Assembly: GCA_963803435.1 (NCBI GenBank)
Contig: CAWDML010000001.1
Coordinates: 2,080,001 to 2,144,000, forward strand
Source: an uncultured delta proteobacterium
Lineage (GTDB): Bacteria; Myxococcota; Kuafuiibacteriia; Kuafuiibacteriales; Kuafuiibacteriaceae
Length of the DNA: 64,000 bases
Direction: 5' to 3'
Shown here piece by piece: positions 61,715 through 64,000 of this stretch; position 1 is the stretch's first letter; each line of letters begins with the position of its first letter. Below the pieces are notes generated by a model. The model was not told where the DNA came from and searched no databases. It was given only the letters and a program-made list of their open reading frames with translations. Position numbers and translations under genes: made by a program.

Positions 61715-64000
61715 TCACCCCTTCAGCAACTTGATGGCCAGATTGAGGTCGGAGATCACCTCATCCATCCCGGCGTACCGCTGGGCCGGCTTCCGCTCCA
61801 TGCAGCGCTTCACTAGCTGCCGGACCAGCCCGGGGACGTGGACGCGGTCCGGCAGCGGCGGCGGCGGCTTCGTGACCCGTTTGATCAGGTCGTCGAGCGA
61901 TCCCCCGAAGGGCGGCTTGCCTGCCAGCATCTCGTACAGCATCACACCCAGCGAGAAGATGTCGGCGCGGCCGTCGACCTCCTTGCCGCGCGCCTGCTCG
62001 GGCGCCATGTACCGCATCGTCCCCACCATCATCCCGGCGCCCTTCTGATCGCCGAGGCTGCTGGCGACGCCGAAGTCGGTGAGACGCACTCGCCCGTTGC
62101 GATCCACCATCACGTTCGTCGGCTTGACGTCCCGGTGGACGATGGCGGCCTCGTGGACGGCCGCCAGCGCGGAGGAGACGTCCCGGGTGATCCGGAGCGC
62201 GAGATAGGGGTTGAGCGCCTTCCTCCGGACCAGCTCCTTCAAGGTCCGCCCCTTGAAGTACTCCATCGCCATGAAGGTGAGGCCGCGCTCCTCGCCGAAG
62301 TCGAAGATCGCGATGCACGAGGCGTGGTGAACGCGCGCGGCCAGCCGCGCCTCGCGGAGGAAGCGCTCCAGCCCCTCCGGGTCCCGCGCGACCTGCTCGT
62401 TGAGCACCTTGATCGCGACGGCGCGATCGAGCACCTGGTCCCGCGCGAGGTACACGTGCGCCTGCGCCCCGCGCCCGACCAAGCGCTCGATCCGGAACCG
62501 TCCGCGCAGCACCACACCCTCGAGCGCGTGCGTCTGTCCCTCGGCGGGGAACGGCTTGGCGAAGTCGGGCGGAGGAGGAAGATCGCTCGACTGCAGCCCG
62601 CGGAGCTGCTCGTCGATCAGGTCCATCGTCGACAGCTTCTTCGACGGGCCGCCCGCGGTCGGCTCCTCGCCCAGCTCGTCGTCCTCGTCGTCGTCGTCGA
62701 ACGTCGGATGCTTCGAGATCGACGACACCATCGAGCCCGACACGGACTCCGGCGGCACCGTCGGATTCGAGGCTGAGATCGTCGACCGGAGGCATCGGCG
62801 AGCGCGAGGATGGATCGACCGGCACGCCCAGGTACGAGAGGCTGGGGCTCGAGGGTGTGCTCTGGTCCGAGATGGAGAGAGGTCCGGACGTCGACGCGGG
62901 GCGCGGGATCACGGCCTGCGGTCCGCTCGGGACGCCGTTGGTCGGCGGTGTCGGAGGCACGTCGGCCGAGTCCGACTCCCGCAGGTGCAGCAGGCGATCG
63001 CCGAGATCCCGGTACTGAGGGTCGTACATCGCCGCGGTCTGATACGCGTTGCGGGCGCCGGCCAGATAACCCTCGAGCTCCAGCAACCGGCCGTACTGGT
63101 AGAGCGCCTGAAGATGCTGGGGACCCGGCGCGATGCCGGCGAACAGCCCCTGCAGGACCTTGAGGGCCGCCTGGTTGTCGCCCTGCTCCGCCAGCACCTC
63201 GGCGAGCACCGTGCGCACCGCGATGTAGTCCTTGTGGTCCTTCTCGACGAGCTCGAGGAACGCGGTCGCCTCACGGTAGCGCGACGGATTGCCCGCCCGC
63301 GCCAGCGAGAGGGCTGCCGCCGACGCGTTGAGAAAGTCGCCGGCGTCGAGGTACGCCTTGATCTGCACCTCGGCATCGTTGGACCGGACGCCGAGGGCCG
63401 CCGCGTCGGACTCGCGCCCGGCCGCACGGAGGCAGCGGATCGCCTGTTGGACCTGGCCGAGCCGCTCGTACAGCTGGGCCGCGGTCTCGAAGGTCCCTGC
63501 CCGCTCGTACGCCGCCGCGGCCTTCTGGATCTCGCCGATGTACTCGTACAGACGACCCGCCTGGCCGAAGCTGTCGGACTCCTCGAAGTGGGCCGCGGCC
63601 TCCGACAGTCGGCCTTCCATCTCCGCCCGGATCCCGAGCAGCTGATGCGCCTTCTTGTCGTCGCCGATCTCCCGCGCAACCTCGGCCGCGGCCAGGTAGT
63701 CGCCGCTCTGGGCGAGCATCTCGATCGCCTCGCGCGCCCGGCCGGCCCGCGCCATCAGCTTGCCCGCGAAGACGTTCTGGCCGCCCCAGGCGAGCACGCG
63801 GACCGCCTGGTCGAGCATCCCGATCTCCGCGTAGAGGACGCCCGCGCGCCGGCACACCTCCGAGGCCTCGTGCCCGAACAGGCGCCGGGATCCGTCGCCG
63901 CCGAGCGCGCGGATCATGAGATCGGCCGCGTTGCGCTTGGCGCCGGCCCGCTCGTAGAGGAACGCCGCCCGCACCAGATCGCCTTGCTGATCGTAGATCG
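61715..64000 (-). CDS. TPR-repeat Ser/Thr protein kinase, 5' end beyond window, frameshift near 62760
   Basis: AA..YERAG repeats in 61761-63974; kinase motifs HRDVKPTN, DFG and YMAPE in 61715-62758. Confidence 0.88.

Overview
High-GC (about 70% by eye) bacterial DNA whose gene content points to Myxococcota: six eukaryotic-like Ser/Thr kinases, an FHA-sigma54 activator, many lipoproteins and a MYXO-CTERM-like tail. Many genes carry 1-bp frameshifts, densest at about 26.7-31.2 kb, which most likely reflect long-read or MAG consensus errors. Recognisable genes are xth, a GST, a VOC protein, a LuxR-type regulator, lptF, lptG, a stand-alone atpG, sthA, a FadF-like Fe-S protein and two GT4 glycosyltransferases. 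There is also a type II fatty-acid-like operon (fabF-ACP-two phytoene-desaturase-like flavoproteins-fabG-fabZ-fabI). Highlights: (1) A lipoprotein gene (13395-14078) has an in-frame UGA followed by a SECIS-like hairpin with a GGUC loop at fdhF-like spacing, then 51 more coding-like codons, making it a candidate new selenoprotein. (2) A highly divergent SAH-hydrolase-fold protein shares an unknown N-terminal domain with its divergently transcribed neighbour and sits beside two atypical Crp regulators. (3) Deleted IS1182 elements carry a four-helix-bundle passenger gene and lie in inverted orientation around an 8.4-kb segment. (4) A second dispersed repeat or MITE family is present. (5) A kinase gene contains a 72-bp tandem repeat. 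All calls come from reading the sequence; no database searches were run.
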